IMG/VR virus record: IMGVR_UViG_3300046513_000343
Coordinates: 13,778 to 77,777 of that record
From: a virus
Strand: one strand, 5' to 3'
DNA length: 64,000 bases
The notes below the pieces were generated by a model, which was not told where the DNA came from, did no database searches, and saw nothing but the letters and a program-made list of their open reading frames with translations. Positions 1 to 9,115 of this stretch are shown piece by piece. The translations under genes were made by a program, and so were the position numbers. Numbering within the stretch: position 1 is the first letter of the stretch; the number at the start of each line of letters is the position of its first letter.

Positions 1-2720
1 AACGGCGCTTTGGTGTCGCCGTTCTTCAGCCAGTCCTTCAGCTGCTCCGGCGTGGTCTCGGTGACGGCCTCGGCGCCCTGCCAGCCGGCGGCGTAGTTGT
101 CCTGGTACAGCTCGCGCGCCGCTTCCGCGCTGTCCACGCCGGCGATGACCTTGTGTTCATCGAACTTGCCGGTCTTCGGGTCGATCTGGTCAACGACAAA
201 CACCTTCTGGCTGTCCGGGTTGTCGCCGACAAACACGTCCACCGGCGCGCCATCGGCGCCTACGGTGCCGGTGAAGCGGCCGTAGTGCGCCGTCATCAGC
301 GACTCCCATGGGTTGTCGCTGTCCTTGCTGCGGCGGGTCGATCCCTTCGGATTCTCGATGCCGACCGGCAGGCCGAACAGCGTCGGGTGGCCCAGCTTGG
401 CGTTGTCGGCGTCGATCTGCGCCAGGCTGGCCGGCGGGCGGTCGTTGAGCGGCGACGTGCTGGCCTCGTGCGCCGCCTCGTCAAAGGCGTTCTTGGGCAC
501 GATCGCCTCGGGCGTCACCTTGGCCGCGCCGACGTTGGTCGGCCCGGCCGGGAAGTCGGGCACGTCCGGGAACAGGTCGTCCTGCTGCTGTGCCGCCTGC
601 TGTTTAGTCTGCTGGCCGCGCGCCTTGTACTCTGCGCGCCAGGCGTCAAACGCACCTTTGCCCTCGGGCGAGATCGGCGCCGGGATGCCGAGTGTGGCGC
701 GCACGCCGTTGACCATGTTCGGCAGGTCGGCCGGCACCACGCCGGGCGCCTTGTCCTGAATCTGGCCGACCACCTGATTGACCGTCAGGCCGTCGCCAAA
801 CAAGCGCTCGATGGTGTCGGTCAGTCCCAGCGCGTCGGCGGTGTCGCGGTGGCGCTGGGCGTTGGCGTTCTGGTAGCCGTCGGCGGCCGGGCCGACCTGC
901 ACGCGCGGCGCGACTGCAGCGGCGCCATCTGCTCCAGCTGCAGCCGCGCCAGGGGCGGCCGGGGTCGCATCTGCGACCGTGCCGGCGCCAGCGGCAGGCG
1001 CCTCGCTGTCCAGGTGCGCATTGCCGCGCCCCTTCAAGGTGGCCAGCGTGGCGTCGGCCTGCTGCGTGAAGAAATCAATGGCCGGGCCGACCGGCATGCC
1101 GGCCACGCCCAGCTTGGCGGCCACGGCCGGATCGGGGATGAACGCTGCCACCGGCGTCAGGTCGCGCTCGGAGGCCGGTACGTTCAGCAGTTCGGCGGCC
1201 GGGCCGGCGCCCAGCAGGCGCCCGATGTAGGTCTCGGCCGGCGTCGGCGCGCGCCCCAGCGCCTCGCCCAGCGTGTCGATGTCTTGTTTGAGGTAGGCTG
1301 CGGCCAGCTGGGCGCGCGTGGCCGGATCGCTCCACTGCTGCGCCGTCAGGTCCGGGTGCTGGGCCAGCAGCTCGGTCATCAGCTGGGCGCCGCCGTCGCC
1401 ATGCGTGGCCAGCTGCGCGGCGGCCGGATCGACCCCCTGCCGCTCGGCTTCCTTGACGAACAAGTCGTCGGCGCCGTCAATGGTCACCGGCACGGCGGCG
1501 AACCTGCCCGCCACGTTCGGGTGCGGCACCGCCTGGTGCGGGATGCCGGAATCGCTGGTAAAGCTGTCGGCCTGCTTCTGCGCGAGGTCGAGGCTGCCGA
1601 ACGGGAACAGCTGGCGCGCGCCGGGGACCAGGCTGGCCGCTTGCGTGAGCGGGCCGGGCGGCGCGGCGGGTGGCGGTGCTGGCGGTGGGGGGCTCTGGTC
1701 GCCAGCGGCATCCTGGCCACCGGCGCCTTGACCATCGGGATTGTGCGGTGCATCATGGCCGTGCAGGGGTCCCGCCACGGCGCCCATCAAGCCGCCGGCC
1801 AGCATGCCCTGTGCGCCCGCTTCGGCGGCGCCCTCGTCCCACGGTTTGCCCTGCGCCAGGTTTTGCGCCACCTGCTCCTGATACGACTGCCCCAGTTCCT
1901 GGCCGACGCCTTCGACCAGCGCGCCCTCGCCGATCTTGCGCAGGATGCCCTTATTCGCGCCGGTGGCGATCGCTGCCTCGCCGACCGGGCCAAGGTGCCC
2001 GGAAGCGGCCATGGTGGCGGCGTCGCCGATGCCCAGCCGGTTGGCCAGCTTGCCGGCGCCGAAGCCGATGAGGCCGGTCAGCGCGCCGGACGCGGCCAGG
2101 ATCGCCGATTGGCCGGGCGTGAGGGTGCCGTTCGGGTCTTCCTGGCGCACCTGCTCGGCGTTCTGGCCGGCGGCGGTGGCGCCCTCGCCGATGGCGCCGG
2201 CGGCAATCGCGCCTTCCTTGGTGGCCAGGCTCGGCAGCGCTTTTATCGCGCCGCGCGAGATCACGCCGCCCGACAGAATGGTCGGCGCCGATTCGATTGC
2301 CTGATTGGCCACCGCCGACGGGTTCTGCAAGCCGGCGATGATCGTTGGCACTAAGCCCTTGGCCTCGGCCAGGTTGCGAATGGCAGACTGGCCTTCGGGC
2401 GAATAATGCTTGTCGAGCGCCGCTTTCCATTCCTTGGCGTGGAAGCCGGCCTGCTCGGCCAGCTTGCCGATCGCGCCCTCGGAGACCATGTCACCCAGGC
2501 CGAGGAAGGTTTCCGGCACGCCGATCAGGCCCTTGGCCAGCGACAGGCCCATGTCGCCCGCGCGTGGCAGGACCTGCTGCATGGCGCTGCGCGGCGCCTG
2601 ATAGTCGGGCGTGGTGTACTTGGCGAACGGGTCGGCGTCGGTCGCCGGCGCGGCCTGATCGGCAGCCGGCACGGCCGGCTTGACGTACTTGGCGAACGGG
2701 TCGAGGTCTTGATCAGCCAT
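1..2720 (-). CDS. Large polyvalent/internal virion (ejection) protein, runs off the left edge; has an inorganic-pyrophosphatase-like polyvalent domain and a degenerate lysozyme-like segment
   Basis: Not in the ORF track (no stop in window). ATG at 2720 is 3 nt past the previous stop. Hand translation: MADQDLDPFAKY...DPFAKY..., later GIENPKGSTRRS..WESLMTAHYGRFTGTVGADGAPVDVFVG..VFVVDQ..KFDEHKVIAG..AARELYQDNY..GW. Confidence 0.8.
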   Translation of the reverse strand, partial: MADQDLDPFAKYVKPAVPAADQAAPATDADPFAKYTTPDYQAPRSAMQQVLPRAGDMGLSLAKGLIGVPETFLGLGDMVSEGAIGKLAEQAGFHAKEWKAALDKHYSPEGQSAIRNLAEAKGLVPTIIAGLQNPSAVANQAIESAPTILSGGVISRGAIKALPSLATKEGAIAAGAIGEGATAAGQNAEQVRQEDPNGTLTPGQSAILAASGALTGLIGFGAGKLANRLGIGDAATMAASGHLGPVGEAAIATGANKGILRKIGEGALVEGVGQELGQSYQEQVAQNLAQGKPWDEGAAEAGAQGMLAGGLMGAVAGPLHGHDAPHNPDGQGAGGQDAAGDQSPPPPAPPPAAPPGPLTQAASLVPGARQLFPFGSLDLAQKQADSFTSDSGIPHQAVPHPNVAGRFAAVPVTIDGADDLFVKEAERQGVDPAAAQLATHGDGGAQLMTELLAQHPDLTAQQWSDPATRAQLAAAYLKQDIDTLGEALGRAPTPAETYIGRLLGAGPAAELLNVPASERDLTPVAAFIPDPAVAAKLGVAGMPVGPAIDFFTQQADATLATLKGRGNAHLDSEAPAAGAGTVADATPAAPGAAAAGADGAAAVAPRVQVGPAADGYQNANAQRHRDTADALGLTDTIERLFGDGLTVNQVVGQIQDKAPGVVPADLPNMVNGVRATLGIPAPISPEGKGAFDAWRAEYKARGQQTKQQAAQQQDDLFPDVPDFPAGPTNVGAAKVTPEAIVPKNAFDEAAHEASTSPLNDRPPASLAQIDADNAKLGHPTLFGLPVGIENPKGSTRRSKDSDNPWESLMTAHYGRFTGTVGADGAPVDVFVGDNPDSQKVFVVDQIDPKTGKFDEHKVIAGVDSAEAARELYQDNYAAGWQGAEAVTETTPEQLKDWLKNGDTKAP

Positions 2721-2722
2721 GG

Positions 2723-5548
2723 TTATTTGCCGTCCTTGTACTTGTTGTACTGCTCGACGCCGAAGTTTTTGATGAAGGAATTCATCGCCACCACGTCACC
2801 CTTACGCTTGCGCAATTCCTGTATCGCCTCGTCCGGCGCGGCTGGGTAGGCTTGCTTGCCGGCCGGGTTCGGCCCGCCGAGCATCTGGCCGGTGCTGGTA
2901 TCGACCGCGCCCTTCTTGTAGATCGGCTGGTTCATGTTGTCGCGCTCGCCGGTGTCGACATCGACGATGGCGTGGCGGTTGCCTTTGGTGTTGATCTCGG
3001 CCACCTCCTTGGCGCCCTGCGCGGCAACCTGGTGCTGCTGCACGCCGAACTGGCCGGTGGTGGCGGCCACATTGCCGGTGCCCTGGTTTTGCAGCGCCTG
3101 CTCGTCCAGCTTCGCCTGGGACGGGTTGACGCCATAGATTTGCCCCTGCACCAGCGCATTGCGGTAGCGGGTTAGTGGGCTGTTCGGACCATTCACGTCA
3201 CCGCTGGCCAGGGCCGCGTTGTAGATGGAGGCGGGCACCACGATGCCACTCGGCATCTGTACGGTGCTGTGCATGCCCCGCATTTCCCAGACGGGTTGCT
3301 CGCGCAGGTCTTCGGGGACGTCGTCGCGCGTGTCGCCTGGCGTGGCCGGCCCGGCCTGTGCCACCGCACCGGGCCGCTGCGCCGCCGACATGTGCGAGGC
3401 CGCCAGTCCAGTCCACTTGCCGATGGCCTGGCCGGCGGTCATGCCGCGCATGCCGTTGTCATTGACGATGTTCTCGGCGTTCTTGGGATCGTAGCTGGCC
3501 ACCACCTGCTTGATGGAGGCGTTCGGGTCGGCGCTCAGCAGCGTGCTGGCGCCTGTCACGCCCAGCAGGTGGCCCATGTAGGACTCGGCCGGGGTCGGCG
3601 CGCGCCCGAGCTTGGCGGTCAGTTCGGCGTCGGTCTTTTTCAAGAAGTCAATGCCGGCGCGCGCCTGGATCGTCGGGTCTTTCCATTGCTCAGGCGTCAG
3701 TGAATAGGCGGCGCGGGTTTTCTTGAGCATCTGGAACAGGCCGAAGGCGCTGCTGTTCGGGTTCTGCGCGTCGTGGTTGAACTTGCCGCCCGTTTCAATC
3801 GAGCTGACCATCAAGGCGCGCGCCGGGTCGTAGCCCATTTCCTGCGCCTGCGACAAGATGCGGCGCTGGTTCTCGCTCATGTTCGGGTTGGCCAGCGCCG
3901 GCGCGCTGCCGCTGCCCGGTGCCGCTGCGGGCGCTTGCCAGTTGCCATTCATCAGGTCGGCCACTTCGGCGCTGCGGTCGAGGTATCGCTGCACTGAGGA
4001 CGGCAGCGGCTGACCATGCGGGATGACGGCCTCGCCGCCATCCTTGTAGGAAATGTGCGTGCCGTTGTGCGCACCGCCAATGCCGATGGACGAGATCGGG
4101 CTTTCCTGCGACTCCTTGTACAAGGCGTTGTAGCGCGCCAGCATGGCCTGTTGCCGCTGGTCGCCTTGCGAGGGGCCGCTCGGGGCGGCAGCGGGCGCGG
4201 GCGCGCCAGGCTTGGTCGCCTGGCGGGCCTGCTGTTGCAGGCTGTACTGGTCGGCCTGGTCCTCGGTCATCACCGGGCCGGCAGGCTGCACCTGTGCTGG
4301 AGTTGGCTTTGCCTTCTCGGCGGCTGCCGCGGCGGCGATGCTGGCCTTGCGCGCATCGACGCGCTCCACCGGACTGGCCTCGTCGAGGCCAAAGAAGCCG
4401 CGCAACGCCTTGATCGCCTTGTCGCCACCGAAGTAGCCAGCCCCCCCGCCGATGATGCTGCCGACGATCGGCGCGGCCGGCGCGGCCGGGCCGAGGAAGG
4501 GCGCGGCCAGCAAGCCCACCTGGCCACCGATGCCGGCACCAGCGATGGTGGCAGCGCCGCGGCCGACGCCCTCGGCCGCTTGGGTGGCCACGTCGGCCTT
4601 GCTGGTTTCCGGGTCGGCCGCCACTTTGGCCACGCGGCCCGCCTCGATCACCGGCTCAACCCATGGCGTCGCCTTGCGTGCCAGTGCCAACGTGCCACTG
4701 CCAGCCGCCACGGCGGCCTTGCCGATCAGGCCGCTGCCGGGCGGCACCAGCGGTTTCGCCTGGGCGCTGGCGCCTTCCATGAAGCGGGCATAGGCGGATG
4801 GACCGGAAGGGCCGGATGGTGCGGCGCCGGGAGCCGCGCCTGGCGGGATGCCGCCCGGTGGCGGTGGCGCACTGCCACCACCGGCGCGCGCGCGCACCGC
4901 GTCCGCATAGCCGGTGTCGGGTTCGGCGTAGCGCATGGTGGCCGCGCCCAGTTTCTGGTCCATGCTCAAAGGCCCGGTCGGTTCTGGCGGCGCCAGGGCG
5001 GCGGCGCGCACGCCGTTCGGGTTGGGCGCGTTGTTGAGGTTGCGCGCGGTGCGCACCTGTTCCTGCGCCTGGCCCAGCGCCTCGCCCGGCTGGCTGTTGA
5101 AGGCAGCACGCGGGTCAACCGCCGCGGCGGGCACGGCTGGGGCTGCCGGCGCAGCAGCGGGCAATGCTGGGCGCGGGCCGGCCATGGCGCGGTCGTACTG
5201 GGCATTGGCCACGCCGGCGCCGGGCTGCGGCAAGCCGGCGCGCAGGTCGGGGCGGGGCTGCGCCGCGTGTGGCGTGTCAAACTGCTCGCTGGCCATGGCG
5301 CGGTCGTACTGCGTATTGGCCAGGCCAGCGGCTGGCTGGGGCAGGCTGGCGCGCAGGCGCTGGCCGGCGGTGGGCGTGTTCAACAGCGCGGCGCCACGCG
5401 GGGCGGCCGGCTCGACCGGCACCGGCTCGGCCGGCGGCGGCAGCGGCGCTGGGCCGCCTCCCTCCGGCGGCTGCAGCAGCGCGGCGCGGCCCTGCTCAGG
5501 CATGAGCGATGCGGCAGCCCGGCGATACTGGTCTTCGAGGATGCCCAT
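2723..5548 (-). CDS. Internal virion protein with lytic transglycosylase (SLT-like) domain
   Basis: 941 aa; motif GYDPARALMVSSIETGGKFNHDAQNPNSSAFGLFQM (catalytic ET and GLFQ); lies after the tail genes. Confidence 0.8.
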   Translation of the reverse strand: MGILEDQYRRAAASLMPEQGRAALLQPPEGGGPAPLPPPAEPVPVEPAAPRGAALLNTPTAGQRLRASLPQPAAGLANTQYDRAMASEQFDTPHAAQPRPDLRAGLPQPGAGVANAQYDRAMAGPRPALPAAAPAAPAVPAAAVDPRAAFNSQPGEALGQAQEQVRTARNLNNAPNPNGVRAAALAPPEPTGPLSMDQKLGAATMRYAEPDTGYADAVRARAGGGSAPPPPGGIPPGAAPGAAPSGPSGPSAYARFMEGASAQAKPLVPPGSGLIGKAAVAAGSGTLALARKATPWVEPVIEAGRVAKVAADPETSKADVATQAAEGVGRGAATIAGAGIGGQVGLLAAPFLGPAAPAAPIVGSIIGGGAGYFGGDKAIKALRGFFGLDEASPVERVDARKASIAAAAAAEKAKPTPAQVQPAGPVMTEDQADQYSLQQQARQATKPGAPAPAAAPSGPSQGDQRQQAMLARYNALYKESQESPISSIGIGGAHNGTHISYKDGGEAVIPHGQPLPSSVQRYLDRSAEVADLMNGNWQAPAAAPGSGSAPALANPNMSENQRRILSQAQEMGYDPARALMVSSIETGGKFNHDAQNPNSSAFGLFQMLKKTRAAYSLTPEQWKDPTIQARAGIDFLKKTDAELTAKLGRAPTPAESYMGHLLGVTGASTLLSADPNASIKQVVASYDPKNAENIVNDNGMRGMTAGQAIGKWTGLAASHMSAAQRPGAVAQAGPATPGDTRDDVPEDLREQPVWEMRGMHSTVQMPSGIVVPASIYNAALASGDVNGPNSPLTRYRNALVQGQIYGVNPSQAKLDEQALQNQGTGNVAATTGQFGVQQHQVAAQGAKEVAEINTKGNRHAIVDVDTGERDNMNQPIYKKGAVDTSTGQMLGGPNPAGKQAYPAAPDEAIQELRKRKGDVVAMNSFIKNFGVEQYNKYKDGK

Positions 5549-5551
5549 GAC

Positions 5552-8500
5552 TTACTCCTTGTGCGTGGTGATGTCGGAATAGTTGACGCCAAAGCTGTTG
5601 CTGCTGCTGTTGCTGGCACTGTTGTTGGCACTGTTGTTGGCATTGTTGCTGGCACTGTTGCTGCTGCTGTTGCCGCTGCTGTTACTGCTGCTGTTGTTGC
5701 TGCTGTTGCTGCTGCTGTTGTTGCTGCTGTTGGCCGACGCATTCGAGGAGCTGTTAGCCGACGAGTTGGACGACGAGTTCGAGGCGCTGTTGCTGCTGCT
5801 GTTCGAGTCGGACGACGAGATCGACGCATGCACGCTGCGCGCCGACAGGGCGGCGGCGGCCAGCTGGCCCGACAGCTGGCCGGCCGCGCGCAGCGACGCC
5901 TGCGCCGTTTCGGCCGCCGACAACGCCAGCTTCAAGTTCGCTTCGCCGGCCTGCAAAGCCAGTTGCGCCTGCGAGGTGTACACGGCGGTGGTCGCCTTGA
6001 CCACTTCGACCTCGGCGCGCGCGTGTTCGTTGTGGGTGTTCTCGACGGCGGCAAAGGCCTTCACGCGCGTGTCGAACACGGTGGCCAGCGCACGCAGGCG
6101 TTCGGCTTCGGCCGACACCCCGGCCTGGTAGCTTTGCACCTCGCTCTTGAACACGTCGAGCGGGAATTCGGCGCTCTGCTTGAAGTTCAGGTTGGCCTCG
6201 CCCAGCTTGGCGTTGACCAGCGTGCCGTAGGCGTCGATGCGGCTCTTGTAGGCGCCCACCTGCTGGCCGTACATTTCCGCCTTCAGCGACTGGCCCTTGA
6301 TGGCACTGGTGTAGCCCTCGTATTCCAGTCCCTTGGCGCGCACGCTCGACTCGAAGCCGGCAATGGCGTCGCGGTACAGCGCCGACTTGATTTCCTCACC
6401 CTTCCAGGAGGCCTCGAAGCTGCGGATCTCCGAATCCTTGGCCTTGATCTGTTCGTCGATCGCCAGCAACTGGCTCTTATATAGCTCGACCTTGTTCAAT
6501 TCCGCCCTGACCAGCGTTTCGTAGCCCTGGTACTCGGCCGCCTTGGCGCGCACGGCCGAATCGAAACCGGCCAGTTCCGCCTTGTAGATTTCCGGCTTGA
6601 GCGATTCGATCCTGGCCTGCGCATCCAGGCCGGCGTACTCGACCTGTTTGGCCTTGATCAGCGAATCGAAGCCGAGCAGCTGGGCCTTGAACAGTTCCAC
6701 CTTGGACAGTTCGGCGCGGATACGGCTGTCGTAGGCCTGGTACTCGGACGCCTTGGCGCGCACCAGCGATTCATAGCCGGCCAGCGAGTCCTTGAAGATG
6801 GCCGACTTCAGTTCCTCGTTCTTGAACGAGGCCTCGAAGGTCCTGATTTCGCTTTCCTTGGCGTGGATCGACGCCTCGAAGCCGGATAGGGCCGCCTTGA
6901 ACAGCTCGATTTTCGCCAATTCGGTCTTGGTCACCGTCTCATAATTGGTGTACTCGGCCGTTTTGGCCTTGACCAGCGAATCGAAGCCGAGCAATTCCGC
7001 CTTATAGATATCGGCCTTGACCGATTGCGCCTCGGTCTGGAATTTATAACCCTCGTACTCGGACGATTTGGCCTTGACCTGGCTGTCGTAGCCGGCCAGC
7101 TGGGCGGAAAACAATTGCACCCTTGACAATTCAGCCTTGACGCGCTCGCTGTAGCCGGTGTATTCCAGCCCTTTGGCGCGCACCTGGCTTTCAAAGCCGG
7201 ACAATTGCGCCTTGAACATTTCCACCTTCGAGGCATCGGCTTCGATGCGCAGTTTGGCGGCGGAAACGCGGGTGGCATACACCTCGGCCATGGTTTTGAC
7301 CGCAGAAATTTGCGCGGTATAGGTGGCCACGGCCTGGGCATTGATGTCGCCGATCAGTTTTTGCCCTTCCAGCTGGGCCTTGTAGATATCGAGCTGGGCC
7401 AGCGCGGCCGACAGGCGCGTCTTGAACACCTCGGCCTTGGCCGAAAACGCCTGCACGTCGGCCTGGAACAGCGACACGCGGGCGTTGAAAATCTGGATCA
7501 CCGATGTCAGCGTGAACTTGGCCGCGTCCAGTGCGCGGTTCTGGACGCTGTTGAAGTGCTCGATCAGGCGCGTTTCGAGCTGCATCGCCTGATTGAAGGC
7601 GAACTGGAAATTGCTTTGCTCCAGTTCGGCCTGTTTGATCATCACCTCGCGGTTCAGGTCGCCATCGGCGTTCATGCCCTCCTGCAGGGCTTGCTGAATC
7701 ACGCGCAACAAGGTGCCGCCGGGGATGGTGAAGCCGCGCGCGGCAAACAGGCGCTGCGCTTCCTCGACGCCGCGCTGGGTGATCAAGGCTTGCCGGTCAC
7801 GGCCGCGGTTCCAGATCGCCGCCTCGACCACCGGGTCCAGCCCGGTGTGGGCGCCGTTGACCAGTTCGATCAGGCGCGCATTCATGCTGCCCAGCAGCGT
7901 CGTGTTGTATGCGACCTCGCTCCAGGCGAAGGTCGCATCCGGTGCGTTCGGCAGCTCGCCAACGCTGGCGTCGAACAGCGGAATGTCGATCACCGGCACG
8001 CCCGGCAGGTTCAGCCCGGCCAGGGTCGGCACGGGCGGGAAAATAAAATCCGGCTCGCTGGGGGTGGCGATCTCGGCCAGCGTCGGCGCGGCCGGCAGCG
8101 GCGCATCGAAGGCGCTGGGCACCGGCACCTCGCTCAGCACTGGCGCGCTGGGCATGATGCCGGCAAAGGCGCTCGGCACCGGCACCACGTCCAGCACCGG
8201 GGCGAGCGGCACGCCGGTGGTCAAGGGGTCGGGCGCGGCGAAGTTGGTCAGCACCGGCAGCGCCGGCAGCGGCTCGGCAAACGCGGCCGGGGCGACCAGC
8301 TCGTTGATGGTCGGGGCCACCGGCAGCGTGGCCGCCAGCGCGTCCGGCGCGGCGATATTGTCCAGGGTCGGGGTGGCCGGCAGTGTGCCGGCAAAGGCGG
8401 CCGGCAGCGTGATCGGCGTGATCGCGGGCGCGAGCGGGACCGGCGTGGTGAACACGGCCGGCACGAGCGCCACGTCCAGCGTGGGCGCGGCCGGCACGGC

Positions 8501-9067
8501 CAGGTCGAGCGTGGCCGGCGCGCTGAACTGGTTGATGACGGGCGCGCTGGGGGCCAGCGCGCTCAAGGGGTCGGGCAAGGCGATGTCGACCAGCAGCGGC
8601 GTGGCGATGTCGAACAGCGGTTCCGTGTCCAGCGTGATCGGGATCAAAGCCGGCACGCTCGGCGCGGTCGGCGCCAGCGGGAACACGGCGCCCAGGTCGG
8701 CCGGCTCGGCCGGAGCGATGCCGGCCGGGTCCAGCGTCACGCTCGGGATCGGGATCGACGGCATCGTCAGCAACGGCAGATGCAGCGAAAAACTGCCCAA
8801 TTGCGCAATCGCCGCCATGGCGCTCGATTGCGAGGCCTGCGCCAGCGATTCGGAGCTGGACATGTATTGCGACACCACATTGTTGGCGCGGCCTTCGATC
8901 CACTTCGCCGGTTCGGCCGGCGCGGCCGGGGCCGCTGGCGCGGCAGCGGCGGCGGCCGGGGCGGCAGCGGCAGCTGGCGCCGCCCCGGCGGCGGCGGCCG
9001 GGGCGGCGGCAGCGGCGGCGGCCGGTCCTACGGATGGGGAGCCGGTGCTAAAGAATCCGAAGCTCAT
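5552..9067 (-). CDS. Putative virion/tail fibrous protein with 19-aa Pro-rich repeats, 35-aa heptad repeats and a Ser/Asn tail
   Basis: 1171-aa ORF with AGGAG RBS; repeats visible in the translation. Confidence 0.75.
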   Translation of the reverse strand: MSFGFFSTGSPSVGPAAAAAAAPAAAAGAAPAAAAAPAAAAAAPAAPAAPAEPAKWIEGRANNVVSQYMSSSESLAQASQSSAMAAIAQLGSFSLHLPLLTMPSIPIPSVTLDPAGIAPAEPADLGAVFPLAPTAPSVPALIPITLDTEPLFDIATPLLVDIALPDPLSALAPSAPVINQFSAPATLDLAVPAAPTLDVALVPAVFTTPVPLAPAITPITLPAAFAGTLPATPTLDNIAAPDALAATLPVAPTINELVAPAAFAEPLPALPVLTNFAAPDPLTTGVPLAPVLDVVPVPSAFAGIMPSAPVLSEVPVPSAFDAPLPAAPTLAEIATPSEPDFIFPPVPTLAGLNLPGVPVIDIPLFDASVGELPNAPDATFAWSEVAYNTTLLGSMNARLIELVNGAHTGLDPVVEAAIWNRGRDRQALITQRGVEEAQRLFAARGFTIPGGTLLRVIQQALQEGMNADGDLNREVMIKQAELEQSNFQFAFNQAMQLETRLIEHFNSVQNRALDAAKFTLTSVIQIFNARVSLFQADVQAFSAKAEVFKTRLSAALAQLDIYKAQLEGQKLIGDINAQAVATYTAQISAVKTMAEVYATRVSAAKLRIEADASKVEMFKAQLSGFESQVRAKGLEYTGYSERVKAELSRVQLFSAQLAGYDSQVKAKSSEYEGYKFQTEAQSVKADIYKAELLGFDSLVKAKTAEYTNYETVTKTELAKIELFKAALSGFEASIHAKESEIRTFEASFKNEELKSAIFKDSLAGYESLVRAKASEYQAYDSRIRAELSKVELFKAQLLGFDSLIKAKQVEYAGLDAQARIESLKPEIYKAELAGFDSAVRAKAAEYQGYETLVRAELNKVELYKSQLLAIDEQIKAKDSEIRSFEASWKGEEIKSALYRDAIAGFESSVRAKGLEYEGYTSAIKGQSLKAEMYGQQVGAYKSRIDAYGTLVNAKLGEANLNFKQSAEFPLDVFKSEVQSYQAGVSAEAERLRALATVFDTRVKAFAAVENTHNEHARAEVEVVKATTAVYTSQAQLALQAGEANLKLALSAAETAQASLRAAGQLSGQLAAAALSARSVHASISSSDSNSSSNSASNSSSNSSANSSSNASANSSNNSSSNSSNNSSSNSSGNSSSNSASNNANNSANNSASNSSSNSFGVNYSDITTHKE
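5583..5805 (-). repeat. Degenerate (AGC/AAC)n trinucleotide tract encoding a Ser/Asn-rich segment
   Basis: Plus-strand ctgctgctgttg arrays; encodes SSSDSNSSSNSASNSSS... Confidence 0.9.
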
Positions 9068-9115
9068 ACTGTTCTCCTGGGGTGATGGGGGCGCCGCTAC
9101 GAGGGCAAGGCAGGG

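Noticed and set aside
5583-6131. Poly-Leu 'membrane protein' ORF
   Set aside because: It is the reverse complement of the Ser/Asn codon tract.
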